From contig NC_081396.1 in assembly GCF_030684315.1 (NCBI RefSeq), positions 5,456,001-5,520,000 on the forward strand: DNA of 64,000 bases. The letters run 5' to 3'. A model generated the notes under the pieces. The model saw nothing but the letters and a program-made list of their open reading frames with translations. It made no database searches and was not told where the DNA came from. This document shows positions 27,501-40,130 of the stretch, one piece after another. Within the stretch, counting starts at the first letter, position 1. Each line of letters opens with the position of its first letter. The position numbers were made by a program, and so were the translations under genes. Source of the DNA: Stegostoma tigrinum (taxonomy: Eukaryota).

Positions 27501-30074
27501 TGTCAGAATTTGTCCCAAGCTCTTGGTCGATTCATATTGATGCAGTCTCATATTTACAATGAATATCCCAACATAATAAACTGTGGTTCTTTAAATGTGC
27601 AGCATGATACACGGAGAAGCGTCTTGCAGCCTTCCACAATGAAAATAGTAAGAATTCACATTAACTCACCAAAACATCGTGCAATGTATAACATGCAATC
27701 AACATTTGAGCTGGGCAGAACTTGCTGACATTAAAACAGAAATAAATGTTGGAGAGGTTTCATGAGATTTAGAGAACAAAATCTCATTTGGAACTCTGGC
27801 TTACCAGAATCACCAACAGCACGATCATGGGATAGCAAACGATAAAAAAAAAGCGCTGACTCACTCACTGACTTGCAGAAACATAAGGAAATCATAATCC
27901 TGTATGCTTTCACTTTGAGACAAGTTAGAATTTTTGCTGACCTATTCCAAGTGACAGTTTTCAGAGGGATAACTAAATTACAAGATGCAACTCTTTTAGA
28001 GTTTTTTTGTGGGATAAAAGCACAAATAACTTGGCAGTTGCCGACCTTGCGTTTGCAACATTACCAATATGAATGATTCTGCTTTATTTGAGGGTGAATA
28101 GCTGGCTGCAACTTGTGCTCGAACCCACTTCCCAATAACCTTGCCTTTACGCCTCCATCGAGTGGAGACACTGCTATTTGGTTCTAATGTCCTTCTTCTA
28201 ACCAAAAACGGCCTTTTCACATCCCAATCAATTTCACACTTATTTCAAGATTTTTCATTTGAAACTAGTTTATAGATTTGATTTATTGAGTTTTTGTTAT
28301 CAAAGATTTATCGCTACCTTCGTATGAATTGTTTGAAATTATTATAATTACACGGTGGTGGAGATCAGAGGACGGGACTATCACATTCAAAATCTGGGCC
28401 AAGAGGAAATTGCAGATTATTTCACTTCTTTCACCAACTCAAGCATAAGAAGGGCTTCATATTGCAAATTGGTGTTTGGATTTACTGCCACAGCAACAGT
28501 TGACAAATGGCTCAGTATGATACAAGCAGAGATATCTTCAGGTGAATGAATAAATGAAACATGACATCGAACTGGACTGATAGGTATACTGGAAATAGAT
28601 TCATGAATAACGTGATGTGCGATGATGCACGTGCTTGTGGATAAGACAAAGCCAACTGCAGACGATCACTCTGAAAGAACATTAGCAATGGAAATTGGGG
28701 TTGGCCATTTTGGTCTTCGCGTACTTTCTGCTTTTAAGTAAAGTAATGGCTGATGTAATGCGCCTTGAAGTCAGATTCCTCTCTGAGGAAAAAGCCAATC
28801 TGTATGCTGTGGCCTAATATGTGCTGAGGTTTCGTTGGAATGGAATGGGATGGCAGCATGTGGTGATGACCGGTGCATTTGATACGGTCTACAACCAATT
28901 GGCCCAATGGATATCTCAGTGCTGGAATGTTGCAAGATAGTAGGAACAACATTTATTCTCAGATCAGAAGATTCACGTTAATTTTATCAGGGCTTTGTTG
29001 CTGATTTTGACGTATTTTGTTTAGACTAGTTCACGTTCTTGGGGCACCAACAGAAGAAGGGATGTTCCAGGGAAACTGGAATTGTTTCACCTGCACTTTA
29101 TGTTATTATTTACACAGTATTCCACATGGGAGAGTGCTTACTTTAATATTGCTGGAGACGGGCAATTGACATCAATCTAGCTTATCACTTCTCAGCTGAA
29201 ATCCAGGATGTTGTTGTTGTTCTTTCTAGGTTTGGACGCAGACTACCTCAGTGTATGAAGAGTCAAGAATTGTATTGAAGATTGTGCAATTATCAGCTTG
29301 TGTATTTACTTCTGACATTCTGATTCAGGGAGTGTCATTGATGAAAAATTAATTCCCGGTAGCAAGAATGTGTCTGCCGTGGGTATTATCAGACTGTTTG
29401 CATATCTCCACAATGAAAGTTCCAGCCTTTAGTTTAGAAAGTTAAAACTGAAAGAGGATAATTATCATCCACAAAAATTGCAATATCAAGTTTGAAATCA
29501 CCGTGTTATGGGATCTTGAAAGCAGTAGAATGCCTCGGCAATGTGGCAGGATTGGTCAGTGCATTCAGCCATTAAATCAAAGCAGTTTGGTTCGAGATCA
29601 CAAAAGAGCCAAGGGACTGCCGTTTTCAATCCCTTACCTTTCTTTGCTGTATAGATTTGAACTGTGAATGAGGACACGAAAATACACCCAGACAGAAACC
29701 TTTTCCAGTGAGTCATGAGAAAGCGTGTCGTTTTTTTTTATTGAAATGACTTTGGATGTTTGAAACATGAATCAAAGCCAGTAAGCCCTGGAGAAACTCA
29801 ACTCGGGTTTGGTAACATCTGTACAAAGAAAAGTGAATTCTGATAAAGTTCCCAAACATTTACTCTGTTTCTTTTACCTCAAAGGCTGCCACTACTGCTA
29901 AGTTGTCCAGAAATTCCTGGTTTTGCTTGGTGTAAGCTAATTTTCATACCAAATTGTTTAATAAAACAACAAGAGCCACCATGTATGGATATTTAACCCT
30001 TTAGAAATCGATGAAGCGGTTGGATTCAAATAAACCCATCAATGATTTTCGCTTCCTCGGTAGTGCAGAGAGAG

Positions 30075-30435
30075 ACATTGGGAAAAACAGACTGGAAGCG
30101 TCGTTCTGTGATCGTGGATGAATTGTTAAGTCGAAGCACAAGAAATCCATTGTGATTTCCTCTGGCATTTTCGCACCTTCTGACTGTTGGTGATACCATG
30201 AAGAAGAGGTTTCCATCCTCTGGGCTGAGGGTGTCGTCGTCAGTGATTTGAGCAAAACAAATTCACACGGATCCGAGGTGGAGAGAATCTGGTGCTTACT
30301 GACTGTTACGATGGAAAAAGTAGAAACTTTCTGTTATATTTAAGAAGTAATTATATGTGCATTTGTGATGCAAAGACTTACACGGCGACAGACCAAATGC
30401 TGGAGAGTGAGACTATAATAACTGTGGTACTTGTG
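30075..30435 (-). pseudogene. Decayed short V-like relic, inverted
   Basis: Leader-like exon ending ..SSIW(fs)LSP-T with donor GTAAGT at 30381, a 79-nt intron, and an exon from 30302 with SSSWYHQQSEGAKMPEEIT..FDLTIHPRSQNDAS. No RSS recognised. Confidence 0.35.
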
Positions 30436-31404
30436 TGTGTGACCGATGCAGGCTAGATCGACTGAAAAGCCTTTATCTGTGTTGCAGGCGTCGAATGACA
30501 GCAGTATTCAGCTACGTTTGTGAGGCGACAGGATAATGTTTGCAAAATATACCATAGCCAGGAAGGAGATGAATCGACACTCCCTGGGTTGTCTGACAGA
30601 CATATTATACATTGCAACATTGTGACTGGGTATAATTGACAATGCGTACATTCCTGGAAACAGTTTATGTGAGAATCAGGAAATGAGATCCCAACTATCT
30701 CGTTACCTACCTGTGTGCAAGCCCGTTGATTCGCAAAACCTTATGTCTTACATTCCATGGCCCTGCTTTTCTGCTAAAGACTGACTTCACGATTTCACTG
30801 TGTTTGTATCCAGCAGCTCACTGACTTTGGTCCTGATAATTCGACAGAGCTGGAGGCGAGGCAGGGACAGAAGCAGAAACTGGTGCGGCGTGAAAGCGTT
30901 CAGAGTTTGCTGTAGGCCAATTCAGAATTTCTGAAGAAGGGTCTAGGCCCGAAATGTCACTCTTCCTGCTTCTCTGATGCTGCTTGGCCTCCTGTGCTCC
31001 CCCAGTGCTACACCTTGTTATCTAAGAATCCTTATAAATTCATTTGGAATAATGTTTATACTGCGCGCAGTAATTCTCATAGACAAGATGAGATCAGAAT
31101 TCATGAGGGAAAATCTGACAGAAAACGAAGAAAGATCCTACTTGGGGCTCAGACAGTTTGACTTGATGAGCTCGTGAAAAGGAAGGAAGCAACAGAGGCA
31201 TTTGATTATGTTATGCCAATCTTATTGAGAAAGAAGGAGTTTGACTCCTTTGCACTTGTTGATGAAGACAGACTTGGAGGAAGAAGGTAACAGGGAGACC
31301 CCTTCAAAAGGACAAATTTGTGTGTGAGGAAGAACAAAGAGTGAAAAGCCCTTTATTTAACACAAAACTAATTAATTTATTTGTAAACAGAATATCGTGT
31401 AATA

Positions 31405-32615
31405 TAGATTACAAGGCGTAGACCTGGATTAACAAACAGGCCAAGCAGCATCAGAGGAGCAGGAAAGATGACTTTTCGAACCAAGACCCATCTGCAGAAA
31501 TGGGGAAGGGGGTTCTGAAGTAAATAAGTAGACAGCGGAAGCAGATAGAAGATGGATAAAGGAGAAGATACGTAGAAAGGAGACAGACGGGTCAAAGAGG
31601 TGGGTGTGGAGCCAGTAAAGGTGAGATTACATTGGGAGTTAGGGAGGGGATAGAACCGCCCAGGGAGGATGGACTGGTCAAAGGGGCGGGATGAGGCCAG
31701 TAATTGAGGGATGGGGGTGGGGCTGGAGGTGGGAAGAGGGTATAGGTGGGAGGAAGGACAGGTTAGGGAGGCAGGGACAAGCTGGGCTGGCTTTGGGATG
31801 CAGGCGGAGGAGGAGAGATTTTGAAGCTTGTAAAGTCCACATTGATATCATTGGGCTGCAGGGTTCTCAAGCAAGATATGAGGTGCTGTTCCTGCAAACT
31901 TCAGGTGACATTGTTGTGGCACTGCAGGAAACCCAGGCTGGACATGCCATCTAAGGAATGGGAGGGGTAGCTGAAATGTTTGGCGACTGGGAGGTGCAGT
32001 TGTTTAGTGTGAACCGAGCATAGGTGTTCCGCAAAGCATTCCCTAAGCCTCTGCTTGGTTCCCACAAAGCAGAGGAGGCCGCATCTGGATCAGCGGATAT
32101 ATTTAACCACATTATTAGATTTGCAGGTGAGCATCAGCTTGATGTGGAAGGTTTTCCCGGGGCCTGGGATTGAGATGAGGGGGGAGGTGTAAGGGCAGGT
32201 GTAGCACTTCCTGGGTTTGCAAGGAAACGTGCCGGATGTGGAGCGGATAAAGAAGTCATGGAGGTGTTGTCCCTCCGGAAAGCAGATAAGCGTGGGGGGG
32301 TGAAAAATATCTTTGGTGGTGGTGTTGAATTTGAGATGGTGGAAGCATCAAAGGATGATGCATTGGGTCTGTAGTTTGGTGAGGTGGGACGTGAGGGCAA
32401 AGAGGATTCTGTTTTGGTTGTTATTGCAGGGACGTGTTGTGAGGGATGAGTTGCAGGAAATATGGGAGTCACAGTCGAGGGCATGCTCGACCACTGAGTG
32501 TGGGGAATGTGTGGTCCTTGGAAAATGAGGACATCAGAGATGTTCAGGAATGTAATGCCTCATCCTGGGAGCAGATGTGGTGGAAGCAAAGGAACTTGGA
32601 ATAGGGGATGAAACC
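31405..32615 (-). mobile_element. Penelope-like element fragment (GIY-YIG endonuclease and terminal repeat)
   Basis: Minus strand reads GPGKTFHIK..CKSNNVVKYIR*SRCGLL..GTKQRLRECFAEHL..HLPVAKHF, with the shared shark terminal motif agcagcatcagaggagcaggaaag. Confidence 0.75.
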
Positions 32616-32904
32616 CTGCCTCAACATAGTATTTTTCCTCAGCTTAGTTTTTTTGGTATGGAGACATTCCTACAAAATTCTCTAATTCCTATTCTATTTC
32701 CAGCGTCCCTCACAATGGAATTATTGAATGTAATTTCACGAAAGATGTGTGATGTTGCTTTTATTTTTAGAGATGACTAAAAGAGATGCAAAGTCTGAAA
32801 TCTACACAACCACACAGTGTACACAGTGAAGCAAAGGAATTAATGCAAATCTCACTGTAATATTCGGGTGCAAGCTGAAATTACCACATTGAAAGTGAAC
32901 CATT

Positions 32905-32980
32905 ACTCACGGAAGTGACAATGAGCCAATTGAAGTCTCTGATGGGATGTCTTCCTTTCTGAGCTCGGCTTTTAAAGGAA
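32905..32980 (+). promoter_or_regulatory. Putative V-gene promoter
   Basis: ETS-type GGAAGT at 32911, CCAAT at 32926 and TATA-like TTTAAA at 32971, about 35 nt before the leader ATG. Confidence 0.4.
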
Positions 32981-33007
32981 CTGACAAAGTGTCACTTGAC
33001 AGCAGCC

Positions 33008-33464
33008 ATGCAGATATTCAGCGCCTGGGTTCTGGTCGGGATGTTCATTCTCGGTAAGGAAGAGTTTAATTATTATATGATCAGACTAAAGATTCATTAT
33101 TGATCCAGTAACAGATTTTAATACTTTCTTTTCTTCTTTTTGGGCTCGTTACAGATCTGAGTGATGGTAACTCCGTCACTCAGCCGCAGTCTTCAGACAG
33201 CAAGGCAGAGTATGAAACAGTGACTATAAGATGTACATATAGTACGACAGAACAGAACTATTATTTATATTGGTACCGACAACATCCAAATAAACAGCTC
33301 CAGTTTATTGTGTGGAGGCAGTCTTGGAATGCAGACCAAAGGAAAGGAGACGGTTTCAGAGACCGTTTCTCTGCAGAACTCAAAACCGGGTCAAAACTCA
33401 CCAGTTTAACCATTTCAAAGCTGCGGCTGACTGACACAGCTGTGTATTACTGTGCGTTCAGTCT
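33008..33464 (+). CDS. TRAV/TRDV: TCR alpha/delta V gene segment, apparently functional. Leader exon 33008-33053; V exon 33155-33464.
   Basis: Leader MQIFSAWVLVGMFIL-G with donor GTAAGG and a phase-1 acceptor. V reads DLSDGNSVTQPQSSDSKAEYETVTIRCTYSTTEQNYYLYWYRQHPNKQLQF...RDRFSAEL...LTISKLRLTDTAVYYCAFS, with C23, W41 and C104 intact and an RSS immediately after. Confidence 0.95.
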
Positions 33465-33503
33465 CACAGTGACAGAAAGCAGTCTCAACCCAGTACAAAA
33501 ACT
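33465..33503 (+). other. 23-RSS (recombination signal sequence)
   Basis: CACAGTG, 23-nt spacer, ACAAAAACT. Confidence 0.97.
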
Positions 33504-34039
33504 GCTGCCTACATTTGGAGCTTCATTCTGTTCGAGTTTGTGTAATGTGTGAGGAATTGCAGAAGTAAATGCAACCACAAAGTGACATGTGCTGTCGTGT
33601 GGTGAATGTTATGGCTGAAAGGAAACCAAAGTAATCCCGAAAGAAACTGTTGCAAAATTATTTCCGGAAGCTTTCTAGAAAACAAACCACAGAGTAAATT
33701 TCAGAGATAGATGGAACTGCCGATGCTGGAGAATCTGTGATGACAATGTACAGAGCTGGATGAACGCAGTAGGCCCAGCATCATCAGAGGAGCCGGAAGG
33801 GTCCTTCCTTCTGAAGAAGCCTACAGACCCAAAACGTTAGCTTTCCTGCTCCTCTGATGCTGCTTGACTTGTTGTGTTCTTCCAGCTCTTCACCTTGTCA
33901 CCACTGAATAAACTTGCCTGCAAAGTTGATTATCGATTCCAATTTGTGGTTAATCTGACGCTTCCGTTCGAGGTCAGCACAAATGTTGTCATTGGCTTGT
34001 ATCCGCAGATGTTCATATCAGCTCCAATAAAAAGATTTT

Positions 34040-35765
34040 CAGAATCATAGAGTACAGAAGAGACGCTTTGGTTCATCAAGTTGCAGCTCCAAAGCTACAT
34101 GAAATGTACACAGGCCCTACATTTCAGCAATGGCATAAAAGCTTGGATGTTATGACACTTCAATTGCTCGTATGAATTCTTTGTAAAGGAAGCCTTCTGC
34201 CTGAAATATGTTGCTAGGAAATGCATCAGCCTCTGTGAAATTTGTAGTCCTCAGAAACCCCACTTAATCTCCTGATTTCACTTTAAAATTCTGCTCCCTT
34301 GTTATTTCACCCTCAAGTAAAGCCAATAGCTTCATTTCCTTCAATGTATCTATGCCTCTCATTATTTTTTAAACATCTGGAACCACTCCAGCTCAATCAT
34401 TTTTTTCATGTGGTGCAGAGATCAAAACGGCACACAATACTCCAACTGTGGCCTGACCAAGGTTTTGGACTGGTCCATGATAATCTCCTCGTTCTTTTTA
34501 TCTGTGCTATGTGTGGTGAAGGCAAATCTCCCACATACCTTCTCAATAACTATATTCACCCACCTTTCCACACTCCAGGGATTTGGGGTCAACCACCTCA
34601 AGATCCTTTGTTCCTCTGAACTTCCTTATGTTCTGCCAGTCATTGAATACACCTTCGACTTTTCACTCCTTTCAAAATGAGTCACCTCACGCTCATCAAG
34701 GTTAAATTCCACACCCGACTGACCTGCATATCCGCCAAAAACGTCTGTTTCTTCCTCTAAGCCAACACCTTCACTGGCATGATCATCCATGTGGCCAATA
34801 ATTGTGTCATTCACATGCTTATTTGACGTTCACGTCCCAACACCACGCCACAAATTCCAATCTGCATGATTTGCATATGCATATATTGAACAATGATGCA
34901 TCTCAGCACTTATCCCTCCCTCTGAACACTGGCCTCAAGTCGCATAAACAACTATCTACCACCAATTTCTGTTTTCGACCTCTGAGCCAATTTTAGATCC
35001 AACTTACCAAGCTACCCTGGGTATTATGTACTATTACCTTCTTTATCTATCTCCCACACTCAATCTTGTCAAAAGCTTTACTGAAATCCATTAACGACAC
35101 GAACCTCATCCATACATTTATGGATACATAATCATGAAATGATTCAATCAGATTTATGTGGCACGATCTTTGTATGATAACGTCATGACGATTTTTCCCT
35201 AATCAAACACTGCCTTGCTAAATGAAGATTGATTATCTCCTCTAATTTTTTTCCAATAGTTTCCCTACTGCCAATATGAAATTCATTAATCGGTGATTCT
35301 TTGCTTTATTCTTACAAACCTTCTTGAAAAGTGAACGACATCAGCTGCCTTTAAGCCCTCAGCCATCTTCCCTACAGCCAGGCAGAAATTATTCATTTGA
35401 GTGAAAACCTGTCATTGACTCCCTTGTTTCCCATAGCACACTCAAACATAATTTATGCACCTAAAGGTGTATCCATTCTTAAATCCAGCAAAACCACCAA
35501 AACATGCACCACTCTTAGTATCAACCTGTTCAAGAATTTCACCCTATCTTCCTAATTTCTGGACGTACACCCTCATTTTCCTGCGTGAGGGCATTCATGT
35601 AATATTGGTTTCACATTCCCCTAATGCCCTCAGGCTCGATGCACAGATTTCACTCTTGATCCCCAATCGGCTCTACTCTTTCCCTGGTTACTCTCTTCCT
35701 CTTGATGAGCTTGCAGAATATCTTGGAATTCGCTGTAATCTCTCCTGCTAAGACTGTTGGCACTT
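34040..35765 (-). mobile_element. Degenerate CR1 LINE RT fragment
   Basis: Reverse-strand RT motifs such as GVEFNLDEREVTHFERS and the FSKAFDK region at about 35065. Confidence 0.65.
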
Positions 35766-36129
35766 CAACATGCTGAAATTGGCCGGGCCTCTTTATACAG
35801 GTTAAAGATTGAAAAGTAGATACCGTGTCTACTGACAGTAGATTGCATGCTGTCACCAGAGGACATGATGTCCCAATATGGGCTTTTAAAACATAACCTG
35901 GACAACCTGGGATAAATAGGAGAAAAACAAAACAGAGGTGAGCCACGACTGCTGGAGGGGAAACAGTCCAGCATAGAAAGCGTGAACAGGAGTAGGCCAC
36001 TCGGTCATTCCAACTTTTCACACCATTAATTACAATCATCCAACTCAATAAATTGTTCCCATTTGTTTCTGCTCAATGCATGGGGTTCGTTCAGTTTGAA
36101 AGCTTGCCCAGGACAACATTAGAATCCGC

Positions 36130-36449
36130 CGCCCCTCCTCTATTCGCATTGGGCAGTAAACTAATTCACTTCTTCGCGAAAGGGCTAGTGGAACGTCAGT
36201 TTGACGCGTGGCCTGAAAGAGTTGCCATGGCTGAATGATATCGTCAGTATTTAGACACAATAAAAATGAAATACATAAGGAATAAATTCTCACCGACACA
36301 TTAGCCAATATTTTCCTGCAGTTTTCCTGTTACAGAAGGCAGCTATTCCTTTGACATTGATTACTTTGAGTCATGATGGATTTCTACATCCTTATCAGGC
36401 AAAGTTCAGAACTGCAGTGACAGAGAATGAGGTGTTACCGAGAAGAACA
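36130..36449 (+). pseudogene. Highly decayed V relic
   Basis: Reads KGLVERQ(F)DAWPERVAMAE*YRQYLDT...PIFSCSF...GSYSFDIDYFES..(G)KVQ, then TGCAGTG at 36413. TGA-TAT-CGT-CAG matches WYRQ with a stop, at the right spacing from the C23 position. Confidence 0.45.
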
Positions 36450-37974
36450 ATGGATGTTTGATACGTTTTTATAACCATTATTAATTTAAGGGATGTGGAC
36501 CTAACTGACTGGGCAAGCATTTATTGGCCACCGTTCGTTGTTTTTGATGGGGTTGCGTTCACCTGTCTATTTGAACTTCTGCAGATTATTTATTCTGTGA
36601 CTTGATTTAAAAAATACATGCAAAATCTTTTCATTCTGTCTGAATTGTATCTTTGCAGCAACACTGCGTTTGTTTAAATCACGTGACTGGACACGACCAA
36701 ATGCTGAAGAATACCTGATGACCAAAATAGAGAAAATCATTTTTTAATGTAATTAGCAATGAAATTTTACACCAGTTCATGTTTCGTTAGTCCCACATAA
36801 TCATTCTGCACGCCCTATCCACCTATTTTTTGTCAAAGCTCTAGAGCTGGGAATATTTAACCATTAATGTCATCGCCCTTAGACATCCACATTAGTCTCT
36901 CTTTGTTTTGGTATTCACTCAAGGGACGTGGGCATCGCTTTGTGGGACATCATTTGTTGCCAATCCAATTTGCCCTTGAGAAGGTCGGATTGATTTGACT
37001 TTCTTGATCAGTTGCAGTCCATGTGCTACAGGCAGATCCATAAAGCCCCGAATGAAGGAGTTCCAGTTTTTGACACAGTCAAGGTGTAGGGATGGCGATA
37101 TAATTCCATGCCAGCTTGGTGAGTGTCTTGGAGAGGAATAAGCACGTGGTGGTGTTCCCATGATTCTGCTGCCCTTGTTTTTCTAGACTGATGTAGTTGC
37201 GGACTTGAACCAGATGCCTACGAAATGTTGCTGAATTTATATCAGCTTATCTTGTACATATTTGCGCTGCTGCTACTGAGTGTTCAGGTTGGCAGATGGA
37301 GTGGATCTTTGTGGATGTAGGGGCCATTCAAGTGCGACTGCTTTGTCCTAAATGGTTTCAAACTTTTTGGGTAATTCTGGAATTACAACCATCCATGTAA
37401 TTGGAGAGTATATAATTATACTTCTTATTTTCCCCTTATAGATTGTGTGCAGCCTTTGTGGAGTCAGAAGGTGAGCTATACGTCGCAGTCTCTAACCTGG
37501 TCTTGTAGTGGCAAGTCCAAGAGAGCTTCTGGTCAATGGAAACCGCCAGCATGTTAACGGTCGTTAATCCAGTAATGGTATTGCCATCGAAAGTCGAGAG
37601 CAGTGGTTAGGTGTTTTTGTTGTTTGTCTGGAGATCGTCATTGACTGGAATCTGTGTGGGGTGAATGTTACTTGCCACTTGCCAGCCCAAGCTTGGATAC
37701 TGACCAGATCTTATTACGTTTGAAAATCAAGATTAAAGGAATCATTCATAAGATTCATTCTACATAAGATTGAATCCTGCTCCCGACTTTACATCTACTT
37801 TGTGCTCCATACACTACAAAATTACTTTAAATCCTCTCCAATAACATGACAAATTGGCAAAAATATTATAGGTTCAGGTGTAACCCATAAAAGTTTTAGA
37901 TGTCCCAAGTACTCCAGAAATTTTCTCAATGTTCCAAAAATCCAAAATGCTTCTTCCCAACCATCACTTTAGCC

Positions 37975-38580
37975 ACGAATTCATCTGACATCTCTCCTAC
38001 TTCTATGCTCCGTAGCATGTGGTACTTGAAGTTATAAGGATATTAAAATCTTAGCAATCCTCCACTTTATCTACGACTTAACTGTCTAAATATCTATTGC
38101 AGAATCTCACTTTTTATTCATATCATTTTTACCAGGATATACCACGACTTCTGGCTGTTCACCTTCCCCCTTCAGAATGCTTTCCAACTGCTGAGGTGTA
38201 TCTGACTCTCCCACCATTGTGGCAACATGCTAATCGAGAAAAAGATATTGACAAGATTAGACTCAGTGAGATTGCAGTCTGGTCTGCCTGTCAATGTCCC
38301 AGCAGTCTATGCATCATCCTGTACTGCATCAATTGTGTATGATCTACCAGTGCACTTGACGCCACAGCTCAAAGCTATGTTTCAGTCACCACTTCATCTG
38401 TTTATAATATGCCAGGACAATCGTCAACATTTACTTGATCAGAAAATCTGACCCACTACTCGAACATTTGAAGGTCTTGGTGAAGTTTGAAGTTTAGTGG
38501 AACAAAATTTTATATTTTCCATATGGCACAGATGTTGCATGTGATGTTCTGCATCTTATACCCCATATAATGGCACAGTG
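37975..38580 (+). pseudogene. Possible decayed V relic
   Basis: Leader-like gcc(ACG)..LTSLLLLCSVAC-G with GTACTT, later MPGQSSTF, and CACAGTG at about 38574 without a good nonamer. Confidence 0.28.
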
Positions 38581-39131
38581 ATTTCAAACAGCCTGTCTTT
38601 AAACCAGTTAAAATATTTAGCTAATATTGAAACAATAAGCTCTAAAGCACTTACCAACTCACGAAACAGAATAGTTGACCTGACACTTAGGACGACAAAA
38701 AATTGTAAAGTCACAGAGATGAGAAAAGATTATATTAGCCAAGAGATATGAACTCTACTCACCGAAAACATCAGAGGCTCCACTTGATGAAAAGGCAAAA
38801 ACTTGGTTTATTGGTGGTGCTGGTGATGGGTGTGTTGGAGAGGTGACGAGATGTACTGGGGTGGGGTTTCAGAGGTAACAGCAAATTTTTGTACCAGAAT
38901 TTTCAGATCGTACATCACACAAAAGTATAATGCAATTATCCACCGTTTTCACGTTACAAATGCAAAACATGAAACCCTGAAATACTCTGTTTGTTCATTC
39001 AACTCTAACTGCGGTATCTGTTGTAACTCAATTCTCCATCTTGAGACACTCACTCAGAATAAATGACGTCTGAATGCATCCCAAGAGTGAAGGACTACAA
39101 CATCGTGAGTTCCTTATTATTTTGAAAGAGG

Positions 39132-40065
39132 ATGCACGAACCAGCTATTTCTTCCTTCTTTGCAATTTTCTATCTTATTCCCCCTGCTGTTGATCTCCCT
39201 GGTTAGTAATCGTTCCCAGCGCCTTTTGTAACTCTCCCAGGATATAAGTGGCTTCCCTTTCTGGATTGTGTTGATAGTTTTATGATATTCAGCAGTGTCT
39301 GGTAATAGTGGAATTCCAACTCAAGTTTACATGTGAATATTATTTGATATTGCACTTCACAACAGTAAATTACAGAACATTGTTTCATAAATCATTTTGT
39401 AGCATTGCAAGGTAATCTTCTGTTAATTTTGCTATGCAATTATATCTTTGAGTATGAATTTATGTATTAATATATGTGGTATTGCTGTAATTTTATTGCA
39501 TTGTTAAAACTTGAGTTCTCATTTAATGCAGTAAAATACCACCTGTTTCATTTAGTGTTGGGTGGAATTACAGTTTATGGTCCTTTATTATAGCATATTT
39601 CTTGCACCAATCTTTTGATACTACTGAAGAATTAATTATTATAGTGCAACGGATCTCTTGAATTCATTGTAGGACAAAAGACATATTCAGTCATTACACG
39701 AATATATGTTATGATCGTTACAATATACTTTGTCGCCACTGAATATTCCCCATTATTAACAAGGCATTGGGAATTAATTGCAGAAAAGTTTCAAAGATTC
39801 GAATGGACATATAAAACACTTAATCTGTATTTCATTTTCTATTTCTGTTCATATGTTTTCTACAGTTTATATAACTGTATTTCTTATTCATTGGTGAGAT
39901 GTATTGGCGTCTAACGTGCAGAAGACTAAGGGGTGATATGACTGAAGTGTATAAGATCCCGAATATCCTCGACAAGTTTATTTGTTAACTATAATTGCAT
40001 TTTTACTTGAGCACATAACTGTTGACGCCTTTTCAAATTCTGAGTCGTCCTTTGAGGACAAAGTG

Positions 40066-40130
<65 letters not shown>

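Noticed and set aside
28355-28549. ORF resembling a joined V-J (IQNLGQEEIADYF..KLVFG..TATV)
   Set aside because: It has no YYC or FGxG and runs into decayed CR1 RT sequence; probably coincidence.
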